Source of the DNA: a virus
Lineage: Duplodnaviria; Caudoviricetes
Direction: 5' to 3' (one strand)
Length of the DNA stretch: 64,000 nucleotides
IMG/VR virus record: IMGVR_UViG_3300020450_001133
Every line of letters starts with the position of its first letter. Position 1 is the first letter of the stretch. The notes beneath the pieces were generated by a model. It saw only the letters and a program-made list of their open reading frames with translations, did not search any database and was not told the DNA's origin. Made by a program: the position numbers and the translations under genes. Shown piece by piece: positions 18,381 through 27,302 of this stretch.

Positions 18381-19763
18381 TTATATGTCATTTTTCTTCA
18401 TAAACTCACGCATGTTTAAAGCAGTATTGATTGTGCTCTTGTTATCATCGTCTTCTGCTTTAATACTGTTACCTCTTTTTAGTTGGTCTATTAGGTTAGA
18501 AGATTGCATTGTCATTGCTTCTTCCTCATCTTCATCTAAGTCTTCTACTCTCAATGTATCAGGATTAAACTTCAAGTCTACTTTACTGCCAACACCACTA
18601 CTAGAACGTGTTTTCATAAACTGTATTTGATATCTACCACGTTCTCTCATAGCATTACTGGTAAATATGCCCACAACATTGTCAGCAGTTTGTATTTTAC
18701 TAATACCACCTGCAATATGGTGGTGGTCAAATTCTATTTCTTCTACTGCACCTCTGTTCAACTGCGATGCAGTTACAAACAATGTGCCTGTTTCCATTGC
18801 TAAATTACGCAATTCTTCGGACACATACTTGTCTTTAATAAACAAATCACCTGGACTTACTCTTGCACTAATAGGACTCATTAAATCCAAGTAGTCTACA
18901 AGTATTGCATCTACTTTAACTTCTGTGTTTATTTCATATTCTCTAACAAATGCCCTTATATCGTTAGCAGTTACACCACTAGCCATTTGTTTTACCCTAA
19001 ACTTACCAGCACCTTTACCTTTCATACGCACTTTTAAGTCCACATCATCCATGTTTCTCATAATCTCTTTTGTGCTATATTCACTAACCATAGCATCAAG
19101 ACGCATACTAATTAATTGTTCACTTAATTCTAAACTAATATAAACTACATTAAGTCCTGCTAAACTCCAGTTCACACCTAAGTTTTGTAAGAATAAACTT
19201 TTACCTGCACCACTACCACCAGCAAAGATTGTAATCTCTCCTCTGTTTAGTCCACCATACAGTTTTTGGTCAAACTTTTTCCAACCTGTGCTTACTGCAC
19301 CTGCTTGACTCTTAATGTATTGTAATCTTTCTTTTGGATTTTCAAAATACTCTAGTCCTAAGTCTTTGACTAAACTTACTTGACTTGCATCTTTAATTTT
19401 ATTTTCAACTGCACCATAATCTGCTTTTTCTAACAAGTCTGTGCTATCAAGTATTGCCTTTTCCAATGCTTTGTGTCTACAAAATCTTTCAAAACTATCT
19501 AAAAACCATTCTGTATGATTTTCAGTTATGCCTTCAATACGTTCTAGTTCAACACCTGTTGTTGCAGTTATTTGGTCAATAGTAGGAATACTGCTATACT
19601 CAGTACTATGTTGTTTTAAAAATGTAACTGTGTCTTGATATTTTCTATTAAACATGTAAGGTTCAACAATATTGTTTACCCTAACAAACAGTTCAGGGTC
19701 AGAAACAAGAAACTTCAAGAACATTTCTTGTATTTCTTCTGTGTATTCTGTAATATTATCCAT
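18381..19763 (-). CDS. gp41: DnaB-like replicative helicase (T4 gp41 family)
   Basis: Walker A GGSGAGKS, ISLELSE, LVDYLDL, TASQLNR, KTR motifs. Confidence 0.93.
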   Translation of the reverse strand: MDNITEYTEEIQEMFLKFLVSDPELFVRVNNIVEPYMFNRKYQDTVTFLKQHSTEYSSIPTIDQITATTGVELERIEGITENHTEWFLDSFERFCRHKALEKAILDSTDLLEKADYGAVENKIKDASQVSLVKDLGLEYFENPKERLQYIKSQAGAVSTGWKKFDQKLYGGLNRGEITIFAGGSGAGKSLFLQNLGVNWSLAGLNVVYISLELSEQLISMRLDAMVSEYSTKEIMRNMDDVDLKVRMKGKGAGKFRVKQMASGVTANDIRAFVREYEINTEVKVDAILVDYLDLMSPISARVSPGDLFIKDKYVSEELRNLAMETGTLFVTASQLNRGAVEEIEFDHHHIAGGISKIQTADNVVGIFTSNAMRERGRYQIQFMKTRSSSGVGSKVDLKFNPDTLRVEDLDEDEEEAMTMQSSNLIDQLKRGNSIKAEDDDNKSTINTALNMREFMKKNDI

Positions 19764-19768
19764 GCTTA

Positions 19769-20629
19769 CTAATTATCCTCTAATAATTCTCTGTTTACAA
19801 TTTCTTTGTACAGTTCTGTTGCAATACGTTTATGTCCTTTATCGTTTGGGTGCATATCATCTGCACTAACAACATTTCCTGCCATCATGGCACTGAATGG
19901 GTACATAGTCCATCTTTTTCTGTCTATCATATCTCTTAATTGTATTAAAAATGTATTTGGTTTTGTGTTTAATACATTCCACACATGGTCAATACCTCCT
20001 GTAGGTCTTCCCATATGACATATACTAGACATTGATGAAAACAAATATGGTATATTTTTATTACTTAAAAAGTTTTGTATTAACAAAATGTCTTTACAAT
20101 AATTAACCATAGTTTGATGATGATTCATCAAATATGCTTGATACATCTGCGATGCTACTTTAATATTTTTATAATATTCTGTTTGATAACCAAATTTTTC
20201 TGTAATAGTTTTATCGCCATGAGCTTCTCTGGCTTCATGTGGTATCCATACAAGTGGGTGACCAAATTCATCTAATGCCGTGTCTTGTGTTCTTGCTTGG
20301 GCATCATTAACTGAATTTGTAGGTACAAGTCCAAAATACTGACTCCAGTCATCATTCCAAAATTCATATCTAAATGGTGATGTCCATTGTATAACAACTA
20401 AGTCTGGATTATGTTTTCTAACACCTTCTATTGTGGTTCTTGCTATTCTATTGTTACTGCCTCCGCCAAAGCCATAATTAATTGTTTCAATTTTTCCATC
20501 AAAAAGTTCTTCTAGCCTAAAGGGCCAAACATATGGTTGAGGTGGATTAGTTTCTCCTGTGAGGTAATTTTGTACCTCACCGTGTCCATGTGTAAAACTA
20601 CATCCATTTACTAAAACTTTTTTAGTCAT
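19769..20629 (-). CDS. SGNH/GDSL-hydrolase-like protein
   Basis: NGCSFT (block I), GGGSNN, DxHP-like DMHPNDKGH at C-terminus. Confidence 0.65.
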   Translation of the reverse strand: MTKKVLVNGCSFTHGHGEVQNYLTGETNPPQPYVWPFRLEELFDGKIETINYGFGGGSNNRIARTTIEGVRKHNPDLVVIQWTSPFRYEFWNDDWSQYFGLVPTNSVNDAQARTQDTALDEFGHPLVWIPHEAREAHGDKTITEKFGYQTEYYKNIKVASQMYQAYLMNHHQTMVNYCKDILLIQNFLSNKNIPYLFSSMSSICHMGRPTGGIDHVWNVLNTKPNTFLIQLRDMIDRKRWTMYPFSAMMAGNVVSADDMHPNDKGHKRIATELYKEIVNRELLEDN

Positions 20630-21603
20630 AACATTTTTGCCTTAACTTGATTCTTTATTTTATTATCACTTGCAAATTTAACAATACTTGCAAGTGTCAG
20701 TAACTTACCATATTTATTCACTGCATCAGCGGCATCTTTACATTCATTGCTCCAAGGTGGAAAACTTATTTCCCAGCCTAATTCTATTGCTTGGTCAATT
20801 AAGTCTTTACCAGCACTATCTCTATCAGGACATAATATAACACGTTTGTTAAGTTTGTCTATTAGATGTGCTTGTTCTGGTGTAACACCATTTCCTAAAA
20901 CACTTATACCATCTATAAGTATTGCATCAAATACACCTTCAACTACAACAACGAAATCTCTGTCGTTGTCTACAAATTTGTCTATGTTAAACACATAACC
21001 ACTTTGCATATTTAACAAATATTTTGCAGTTTCTTTGTTAGGTGGATTTATATGTCTGCCTGTCCAACCAACAAGTTCATTGTTATATAAAAACGGAACA
21101 ACCAATCTTGCATTGTACATACTATTATTAATATGCAATAGAGGGTAGTTGCCAAACAATCCACGTTCAATTGCATACTGTTTAACTTTGTGGTCGTCGG
21201 GTAAATTATCTACAAATTGTGTGTCCTCTGGCAAATCAACTTTTTTAAAGTTTGCCGCACTATACACATAATCATCTGTTTCACTTCTGTCTAATGCATC
21301 ACCATGTTTCATCAGATTCAAGACAACTTTGTGTATATCACTAGTGGATACACCCAACGACTCTACAAGTTTTTTGTATTTGCCGCCTAGTTTAGGGGAC
21401 GGTGCCCAGCCTGTTGTATAACCGCAATTAAAACAATGATAACTTATTTTAGAATTGCTTTGTATTACACCACCACGTTTTCTTTTATCACTACATACTG
21501 GACAATTAAATGTAGTCCAGCCACTAGGAGTTTTGCCTGCATTGATAGGCAAATTGTCCATTAGTAATCTGTGTACTTCGTCAACTAGTTCATGATGATG
21601 CAT
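20626..21603 (-). CDS. gp61: DNA primase (T4 gp61 family)
   Basis: Zn finger CPVC...CFNC; Toprim EGVFDA and PDRD. Confidence 0.9.
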   Translation of the reverse strand: MHHHELVDEVHRLLMDNLPINAGKTPSGWTTFNCPVCSDKRKRGGVIQSNSKISYHCFNCGYTTGWAPSPKLGGKYKKLVESLGVSTSDIHKVVLNLMKHGDALDRSETDDYVYSAANFKKVDLPEDTQFVDNLPDDHKVKQYAIERGLFGNYPLLHINNSMYNARLVVPFLYNNELVGWTGRHINPPNKETAKYLLNMQSGYVFNIDKFVDNDRDFVVVVEGVFDAILIDGISVLGNGVTPEQAHLIDKLNKRVILCPDRDSAGKDLIDQAIELGWEISFPPWSNECKDAADAVNKYGKLLTLASIVKFASDNKIKNQVKAKML

Positions 21604-21611
21604 AACAACTA

Positions 21612-21640
21612 ATTATAACATCCTAATGAAATAAAGTCAA
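21612..21640 (-). promoter_or_regulatory. sigma70-type promoter for primase-helicase operon
   Basis: TTGACT-N17-TATAAT, 8 nt before ATG 21603. Confidence 0.8.
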
Positions 21641-22453
21641 CTAGTTTCTTAATAAAACTTTGTCTAAAGTACCAGCAGAATTATCCTCATATTTTACTCT
21701 AATCCAATTAGTGTTAATAGTAAAATTAAAAGGATCTATGCCTGTAAAGGTTGTGAAAGGTAATTTAGATTCTGCACCATCTCCAGAAGGATTAATATCA
21801 TACCAATCACTTGGTTGTGTTGGTGTACTTTCCAATGCACTACCTTGTATTGTGACATTACCTGTAAAGCCTGTCATGTAAAATGCAATAGTGTGTCTAC
21901 TATGTCTAAAATTCTTATCTTGATTTCCATACATAGCACTACTTACATATACATTAGAACCTTCTTCTGTAAATGATACCTGACTTTGTGAAGCAACTGG
22001 TTCATGTTCCAAACTGCTTTTTACTTCTAGGTCTGTTATAATTCTGTCGTTCTGATTTGCATACAATGGGAACATAGTTACACCGCTATCAGAACTTTCT
22101 GTTACTGCTAATTGATAAATTCCAGGTTCTAAATCGCTAAGGTCACCAGGTACAAGACTCAATTTTGCTTCACCTGTTGTACCACTACTAACTAATGTTA
22201 ATGGTTTGTACATTACCCTTCTTCTAGTATTAGGATTTAACACACTAGCATATAATGTTTTATTACTGATATTTTGTAATGCTCTATCTCTATTTCGCAC
22301 AAAAAAGTTCAATTGATTGTCAAAACCTTTGTGTACTACTAATCTTTGTTGATTCATAGGTCTATTATCCACTTTTATTCCATCCGCAGTCAAAACCAAG
22401 TCTACGGACTGGTAATTTAATATATATAATGTTTTACTACTTGCATACGACAT
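21641..22453 (-). CDS. putative virion structural protein (beta-rich, Ig-like)
   Basis: Late promoter at 22477-22484; beta-strand-rich sequence. Confidence 0.6.
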   Translation of the reverse strand: MSYASSKTLYILNYQSVDLVLTADGIKVDNRPMNQQRLVVHKGFDNQLNFFVRNRDRALQNISNKTLYASVLNPNTRRRVMYKPLTLVSSGTTGEAKLSLVPGDLSDLEPGIYQLAVTESSDSGVTMFPLYANQNDRIITDLEVKSSLEHEPVASQSQVSFTEEGSNVYVSSAMYGNQDKNFRHSRHTIAFYMTGFTGNVTIQGSALESTPTQPSDWYDINPSGDGAESKLPFTTFTGIDPFNFTINTNWIRVKYEDNSAGTLDKVLLRN

Positions 22454-22476
22454 AAATTAATACCATCTTTGTCTAG

Positions 22477-22501
22477 TATTTATCATATGTGTTTATAAAT
22501 A
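22477..22501. promoter_or_regulatory. back-to-back divergent late promoters
   Basis: GATAAATA (minus, 22484-22477) and TATAAATA (plus, 22494-22501, 6 nt before ATG 22508). Confidence 0.7.
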
Positions 22502-22507
22502 TCTTAG

Positions 22508-22879
22508 ATGACTAAACATGAAGAACTACAAGAAAAGTTTCCTTTCCTCACAGGTATAGAATTTTCACAAGAAGAATTTGTAGGTATAGTACAAAATAAA
22601 GACGCACAAATATTAAGTTTTTACGATATAGAGAAGTGTAGAAACGATGAGGAAAAGAAAGTATTATTAGAATTAGGTGATTTATGGTGGTGGGAAAGTA
22701 ACAGATTATTACCCATAGATGTTTTTTTATTTCAAGAAATGCAAGAATTTAGACATTGTTTAAGAACTTTTGTACTAAAAGAGACTGAAGTATTGTTTGG
22801 TCCTGTAACAAGTATGCAAAACATACTTAAGAAAAGAATAAAAAGAAGAACAGTACAACTAGTTAAAAAAATAGATTAA
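22508..22879 (+). CDS. hypothetical late protein (123 aa)
   Basis: ORF track; WWWESNRLLPI motif; leaderless late promoter. Confidence 0.75.
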   Translation: MTKHEELQEKFPFLTGIEFSQEEFVGIVQNKDAQILSFYDIEKCRNDEEKKVLLELGDLWWWESNRLLPIDVFLFQEMQEFRHCLRTFVLKETEVLFGPVTSMQNILKKRIKRRTVQLVKKID

Positions 22880-23445
22880 CCTAATTTTTCAACCATTAAA
22901 TTTAATTGAACACAAATTGCAGTAGCATAGCCAATAGCATGACTGCGTTTAAAGAAGTAATCATCTGTTTTTGTCCAAACATCTTTTTCTACTTCCTCCC
23001 AACTCTTTCCAACCAAATATCTTTTACCTGGTCTAATCATTGCTAATATCATTGCTAACTGTTCTACACTTGTAGGCTTGTATTGTTTAACAATATCATA
23101 ATGATTGTTTATATGGAATAGTTTTTCTACTACTTCTTTGTGTTCAAATAGTTCCCATAAAGGTTCTGTTGCTAACAGTTTATCAAGATGTGTTTCATTT
23201 TTGATACCTTCATATATGTGATTATTTAGAAAGTCAACTTTAAAATAACCCATCTCTTCTGCTTCTTTATGGTCTATTGTGCTGTATCCTTCAATTGGAA
23301 AACTTGGAATAGGTTGAAAGTAGACACCAGTATTGTGTTTATCAAACACATCTTCTTTTTTAATACTCGCAGGTATATGCTCAACAAGTTCTAAAAACTT
23401 GTTTCTGTCTGCCATATCTATGTCTACGTCAAAATTAATCTTCAT
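22876..23445 (-). CDS. minimal DNA polymerase III alpha (DnaE, C-family)-like protein, 189 aa
   Basis: FDVDID, HNTGVY, YFKVDFL, IRPG, FKRSHAIGYA correspond in order to DnaE PDxDxD, HAAG, KxDFLG, RPG, FNKSHAxxY. Confidence 0.8.
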   Translation of the reverse strand: MKINFDVDIDMADRNKFLELVEHIPASIKKEDVFDKHNTGVYFQPIPSFPIEGYSTIDHKEAEEMGYFKVDFLNNHIYEGIKNETHLDKLLATEPLWELFEHKEVVEKLFHINNHYDIVKQYKPTSVEQLAMILAMIRPGKRYLVGKSWEEVEKDVWTKTDDYFFKRSHAIGYATAICVQLNLMVEKLG

Positions 23446-23475
23446 TTTTTTAATAGTATTCTAATACAGGTAATT

Positions 23476-23504
23476 ATTATACCTCCAAATACAAACCATG
23501 TCAA
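23476..23504 (-). promoter_or_regulatory. consensus sigma70 promoter for mini-DnaE
   Basis: TTGACA-N17-TATAAT. Confidence 0.85.
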
Positions 23505-23524
23505 GAAGTTATACCACCATTCAG

Positions 23525-24193
23525 TCAAATGTCTTTTCCTTTAAACTCTTCTGCTAACGGAAATATTTTAGCAATAACATCTGCAACTGCATGAGCAATA
23601 TCAATATGTTCTTGTTGTGTACCATTAGCACCACGTAATTCTATATAATGTATCCAACTTCTTAACGTGCCATTTACATACATTCTGCTGAGTGTATTAC
23701 CTTCTGGCAATACTGCTCTTGCTTGTTCTTTGGCAATACCATTTTCTACTGCCCAAAAGTATGCCGCTCTTGCAGTTCTAATTACATCTTCTTGTGTTTT
23801 TCTCCAAGTGTCAATAATTTCATAGTCTGTGTCACTGTCTGCTGGAATACTGTTTTGTCTATTTTTAGGATCTTGAAATCTTGCTTCTCTAACTTCAAAG
23901 TCTAAATTGTTTGTTGGGTCTGCATAACGTTGGCTGAACTCTTGGAAACTAAAACTTCTGTGTCTTAATATTTGTCTAGCAATATCTCTAGTGGTTTCAA
24001 TTTCTAAACATGCACTTACCATTTCGAGCGGTGACCAATGTTTGTGTTTCATCAAATACTTTACAAGTTTTTCACTTGTTTCTTTATTGTTTTGGTTAGT
24101 AGGATTACTTACCCTGGCACAATATGCCACTAAATCTAATGCTGACTCGTTAAAGTCTGGTGCTTGTGAATGACTTATTAGTTTAACTTTCAC
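23525..24193 (-). CDS. thyX: FAD-dependent thymidylate synthase
   Basis: RHRSFSFQEFSQRY ThyX motif; HWSPLE; ARAVLP. Confidence 0.95.
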   Translation of the reverse strand: MKVKLISHSQAPDFNESALDLVAYCARVSNPTNQNNKETSEKLVKYLMKHKHWSPLEMVSACLEIETTRDIARQILRHRSFSFQEFSQRYADPTNNLDFEVREARFQDPKNRQNSIPADSDTDYEIIDTWRKTQEDVIRTARAAYFWAVENGIAKEQARAVLPEGNTLSRMYVNGTLRSWIHYIELRGANGTQQEHIDIAHAVADVIAKIFPLAEEFKGKDI

Positions 24194-25100
24194 TTATCCA
24201 ATCTCCTTGTGTTTTTATAAATGTTTCTGCAATTTTTTCGTGCAGTTCTTTTGTGTAATGTGATTTAATTGCGTTAAGATTTTGTTCCTGTCTTATTTTT
24301 AGTAATGCTTCATGCGAACCAAATACATCTTTACTCATATCCCATGTGTCAAACATCTTTAAATTTTTTGCAAGTGTATTCAAAGACGTTAATTCAGGCA
24401 TGTGATGTACAAATTTTAATTTTATATTTTTTTCATCACACACTTTTTGTATTAATGCAAGTGTTCCAAAGAACCTCATAACATGACTGTATATTGGCAG
24501 TCTAAATACTTCTTCTAAATCATTTGGGCCTGCAGTATAATTTGCCCATGAGTCATATTTGTCAAATTTGTATATACGTTCTTTTTTATATCCACGTGGT
24601 TTTGCTTTATCATCTGCACCTAACATAGATACCCAAACCAAATTACCTTGTCTTGCATTTTCTTTAGAAGTATTAGGTAGCCATTTTAAAAACCAATCAT
24701 CAAATTCTTGTTCAGCAGTTGGTTTGGCGAACAAAGCCTCCATGCCAGGTATGTTGTCATACTCTGATTGATAATGACTTTTAAACCATTCTTCTGTGTA
24801 TTTAATTTTTTGATTACCATTTTGAATATCTTCTGGTAATGCAGGTAATTGTTCTTGGTCTATATTATTATCGTGTAAATGTAAGTGTGTTGCTCTTGTG
24901 ACATAGTATAAACAATGTGTAATACTAGGATCTTCCATAATTCTTCCTATTGTTACATACCCATTTGCTTGTACATCACTAAAAGGAATACCTTCTAGTT
25001 TACATTTAAGACCAAAATGTTCAGCAATTATTTCACCATGATGTTTATGTTCAGGATCTGCAACTGCATAACTATCACCTGCAAACATTATTGTATTCAT
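24183..25100 (-). CDS. hypothetical protein with SGNH-like ends (305 aa)
   Basis: N-terminal FAGDSYA; C-terminal SHYTKELHEKIAE. Confidence 0.55.
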   Translation of the reverse strand: MNTIMFAGDSYAVADPEHKHHGEIIAEHFGLKCKLEGIPFSDVQANGYVTIGRIMEDPSITHCLYYVTRATHLHLHDNNIDQEQLPALPEDIQNGNQKIKYTEEWFKSHYQSEYDNIPGMEALFAKPTAEQEFDDWFLKWLPNTSKENARQGNLVWVSMLGADDKAKPRGYKKERIYKFDKYDSWANYTAGPNDLEEVFRLPIYSHVMRFFGTLALIQKVCDEKNIKLKFVHHMPELTSLNTLAKNLKMFDTWDMSKDVFGSHEALLKIRQEQNLNAIKSHYTKELHEKIAETFIKTQGDWISES

Positions 25101-25765
25101 AAGTTTGCCTCTTTACATGCTTGTTTTATTTCTCTTACTTCTTCTTTGTTGTTTGCAAATAGTTTCATCCAAAACGGAGGATCTATAAAATCTTTTATCA
25201 TTGCTACTTGCTCATCATTAAATTTTTGCAATAATAAATCTCCTGTTTGACTAAGATATATTACCCACGGACTAATTTTTGCACTTCTTATATCATGTAC
25301 TGCTCTACTAGGAGATACAACTTCAAAATAAGACTGCCAATCTTTTTCTGTTTCTTCACTCCATTTGGAAAGATATACAACTGTTCTTTCTAATGCTCTA
25401 AGTCCTGTTTCTTTTCTCACAAAGTCTTGTATGTATGTGTTGTAAGATTTATCTGCTGTCCATTGTTTTAATTTTACACCTTTAGTGATTAACCACTCTG
25501 TGTACTTTTCTGGTTCTAGCCATTCATTAACTTGACATGCCCTACCATACTTTACAAATGCTTCATAATATGGACTCATTATAAATTCTTCTATTGTCTT
25601 TGGATTCTTTGCACTAGTGTTTATTTCATAAAACATCTGAAATGCTCTGTGGCTTAAACGTATGTGGCTCATATCTCTATCAGTCCAACGTCTTTTCTTT
25701 ACACACATATGAACTGCAAGTGTGCTTTCACTTCTGAACTCTTTGCCACACCATTTGCATTTCAT
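25097..25765 (-). CDS. hypothetical protein with N-terminal C2H2-type zinc finger
   Basis: CKWCGKEFRSESTLAVHMC. Confidence 0.7.
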   Translation of the reverse strand: MKCKWCGKEFRSESTLAVHMCVKKRRWTDRDMSHIRLSHRAFQMFYEINTSAKNPKTIEEFIMSPYYEAFVKYGRACQVNEWLEPEKYTEWLITKGVKLKQWTADKSYNTYIQDFVRKETGLRALERTVVYLSKWSEETEKDWQSYFEVVSPSRAVHDIRSAKISPWVIYLSQTGDLLLQKFNDEQVAMIKDFIDPPFWMKLFANNKEEVREIKQACKEANL

Positions 25766-26229
25766 TTCTTAAATATTTCCTTTATTCTTTTGTCGTCTAT
25801 ACCAAAGTCTTTTGCCATTTGTTTAAGGTCATCATCACTGTTTATACTTAACAACAAGTCAATTTCATCTTGTTTCAAATGTGGCAAAATTTCATTTATA
25901 AAGTCTACTCTTTTGCTTTTCTTTTTTCTAGCATTTGGCGGCTTTATGTAAGGGTGATGTTGCACTTTACCACTACCAGCCGCTGTCATTAATAACCATT
26001 GCAACTCTGGGTGTTTACTAACATCACTAAACTTGTGATTAATTAATTCATTTACCATCCATATATAGTCAGGTGCTTGTGCGCCTTGCACACTACTTGC
26101 ATACCTCATCATCATCCAAGGACTGAATGCTTTCTTTTGTTCAGCAGTTAATTTATTATACCAGTTACGATCCTTTTTGTCTATGGCTTTCATAACTTCT
26201 GCTAAAGGTAATTGAGCCTTTCTAGCCAT
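25762..26229 (-). CDS. gp62: clamp-loader small subunit (T4 gp62-like)
   Basis: KKAFSPWMMMRYASS...VNE...HPELQWLL pattern typical of gp62-like proteins; size 155 aa. Confidence 0.6.
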   Translation of the reverse strand: MARKAQLPLAEVMKAIDKKDRNWYNKLTAEQKKAFSPWMMMRYASSVQGAQAPDYIWMVNELINHKFSDVSKHPELQWLLMTAAGSGKVQHHPYIKPPNARKKKSKRVDFINEILPHLKQDEIDLLLSINSDDDLKQMAKDFGIDDKRIKEIFKK

Positions 26230-26782
26230 TGTAATTATCCAAATATGTATTCATATAAAATTGTTCACCATCTGCTACTGTTTCGTGCCAATCTTTACTA
26301 GCATTTTCATCTGCTTGGTCACTCACATACTTATAACATTTAAAATCTACGTTTGCTAATTTACATGCCTTTGCTATTGCATAGGCTTCCATCTCTACCA
26401 CATCCGCGATAATACCCAAATCTGCATCACCACTAACAAAATTATCACCGCTACTACAACACATATCATCTATTGGGTCTCCAAAACTTATTATGCCGTC
26501 TGACTCAAAAGGAGTCTGTCCTATACCGAATCCTAATTCACTACACAACATATCACGTTGTACAAAATTTTTCATCTCATGTATTCCACTGCTTACACTG
26601 ATACCACCAGCAGTACCAAAGTTCCAAACAACTTTAGGTTGATATTTTTCAATCAATTTACCAGCAGTAATACCTGCGTTTACTTTTCCAACGCCTGTAA
26701 AAAATACATTACCCCATTTAGCCATGTTGGGTGCTTCTTGCTCTAATGCAATTAAAATTATATTGTCAAATTCATTCTTCAT
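26222..26782 (-). CDS. mtnN: MTA/SAH nucleosidase (PNP/UDP family)
   Basis: ALEQE, GVGKVNAG, FGTAGG, EMEAYAIA, YVSD motifs. Confidence 0.85.
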   Translation of the reverse strand: MKNEFDNIILIALEQEAPNMAKWGNVFFTGVGKVNAGITAGKLIEKYQPKVVWNFGTAGGISVSSGIHEMKNFVQRDMLCSELGFGIGQTPFESDGIISFGDPIDDMCCSSGDNFVSGDADLGIIADVVEMEAYAIAKACKLANVDFKCYKYVSDQADENASKDWHETVADGEQFYMNTYLDNYNG

Positions 26783-27302
26783 ATGATATCACACTAAAAG
26801 TATCCATACCACAATACTCTTGCAGTTTAGCACTTCCTTGTAAGAATGTCAAGTCAATTACACATGCATAATGTAAAGGCTGGCATTTAAAGTTTTGTAG
26901 CAGTTCGAATATAGCACTTGCAGTACCACCCGTAGCATTAACATCATCTATAATACAAACGTTGCTGTCTGGCCCTAATTTTGCGTCTTGCTTTATGTTT
27001 AAGTTGGTTTCAGCATACTCATATGTAAAGTGATGTTCATATGTTGGTGGTGGTAACTTACCAGGCTTACGAACTATGTGCAAAGGTATTTCCATATCCA
27101 ATGCCACTGGAGCACCCCATAAAAATCCTCTGGCATCTGGTGCCACAATGTCTGTAATTTTATTACGCAAACAATAATCAGTTAATTTAGTTACAGTATA
27201 TTGAAATGCTTTTGGTTGTGTAAGAATACTTGTAACGTCTTTATATTGTATTCCTTTAACAGGAAAATCAGGTACAGTAGTTATAAGTTTTTTAAGATCC
27301 AT
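26772..27302 (-). CDS. apt: adenine phosphoribosyltransferase
   Basis: VPDFPVKGIQYKDVT, DARGF, RKPGKLP, PRPP motif IIDDVNATGGT; start placed at MDLKK. Confidence 0.92.
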   Translation of the reverse strand: MDLKKLITTVPDFPVKGIQYKDVTSILTQPKAFQYTVTKLTDYCLRNKITDIVAPDARGFLWGAPVALDMEIPLHIVRKPGKLPPPTYEHHFTYEYAETNLNIKQDAKLGPDSNVCIIDDVNATGGTASAIFELLQNFKCQPLHYACVIDLTFLQGSAKLQEYCGMDTFSVISYEE

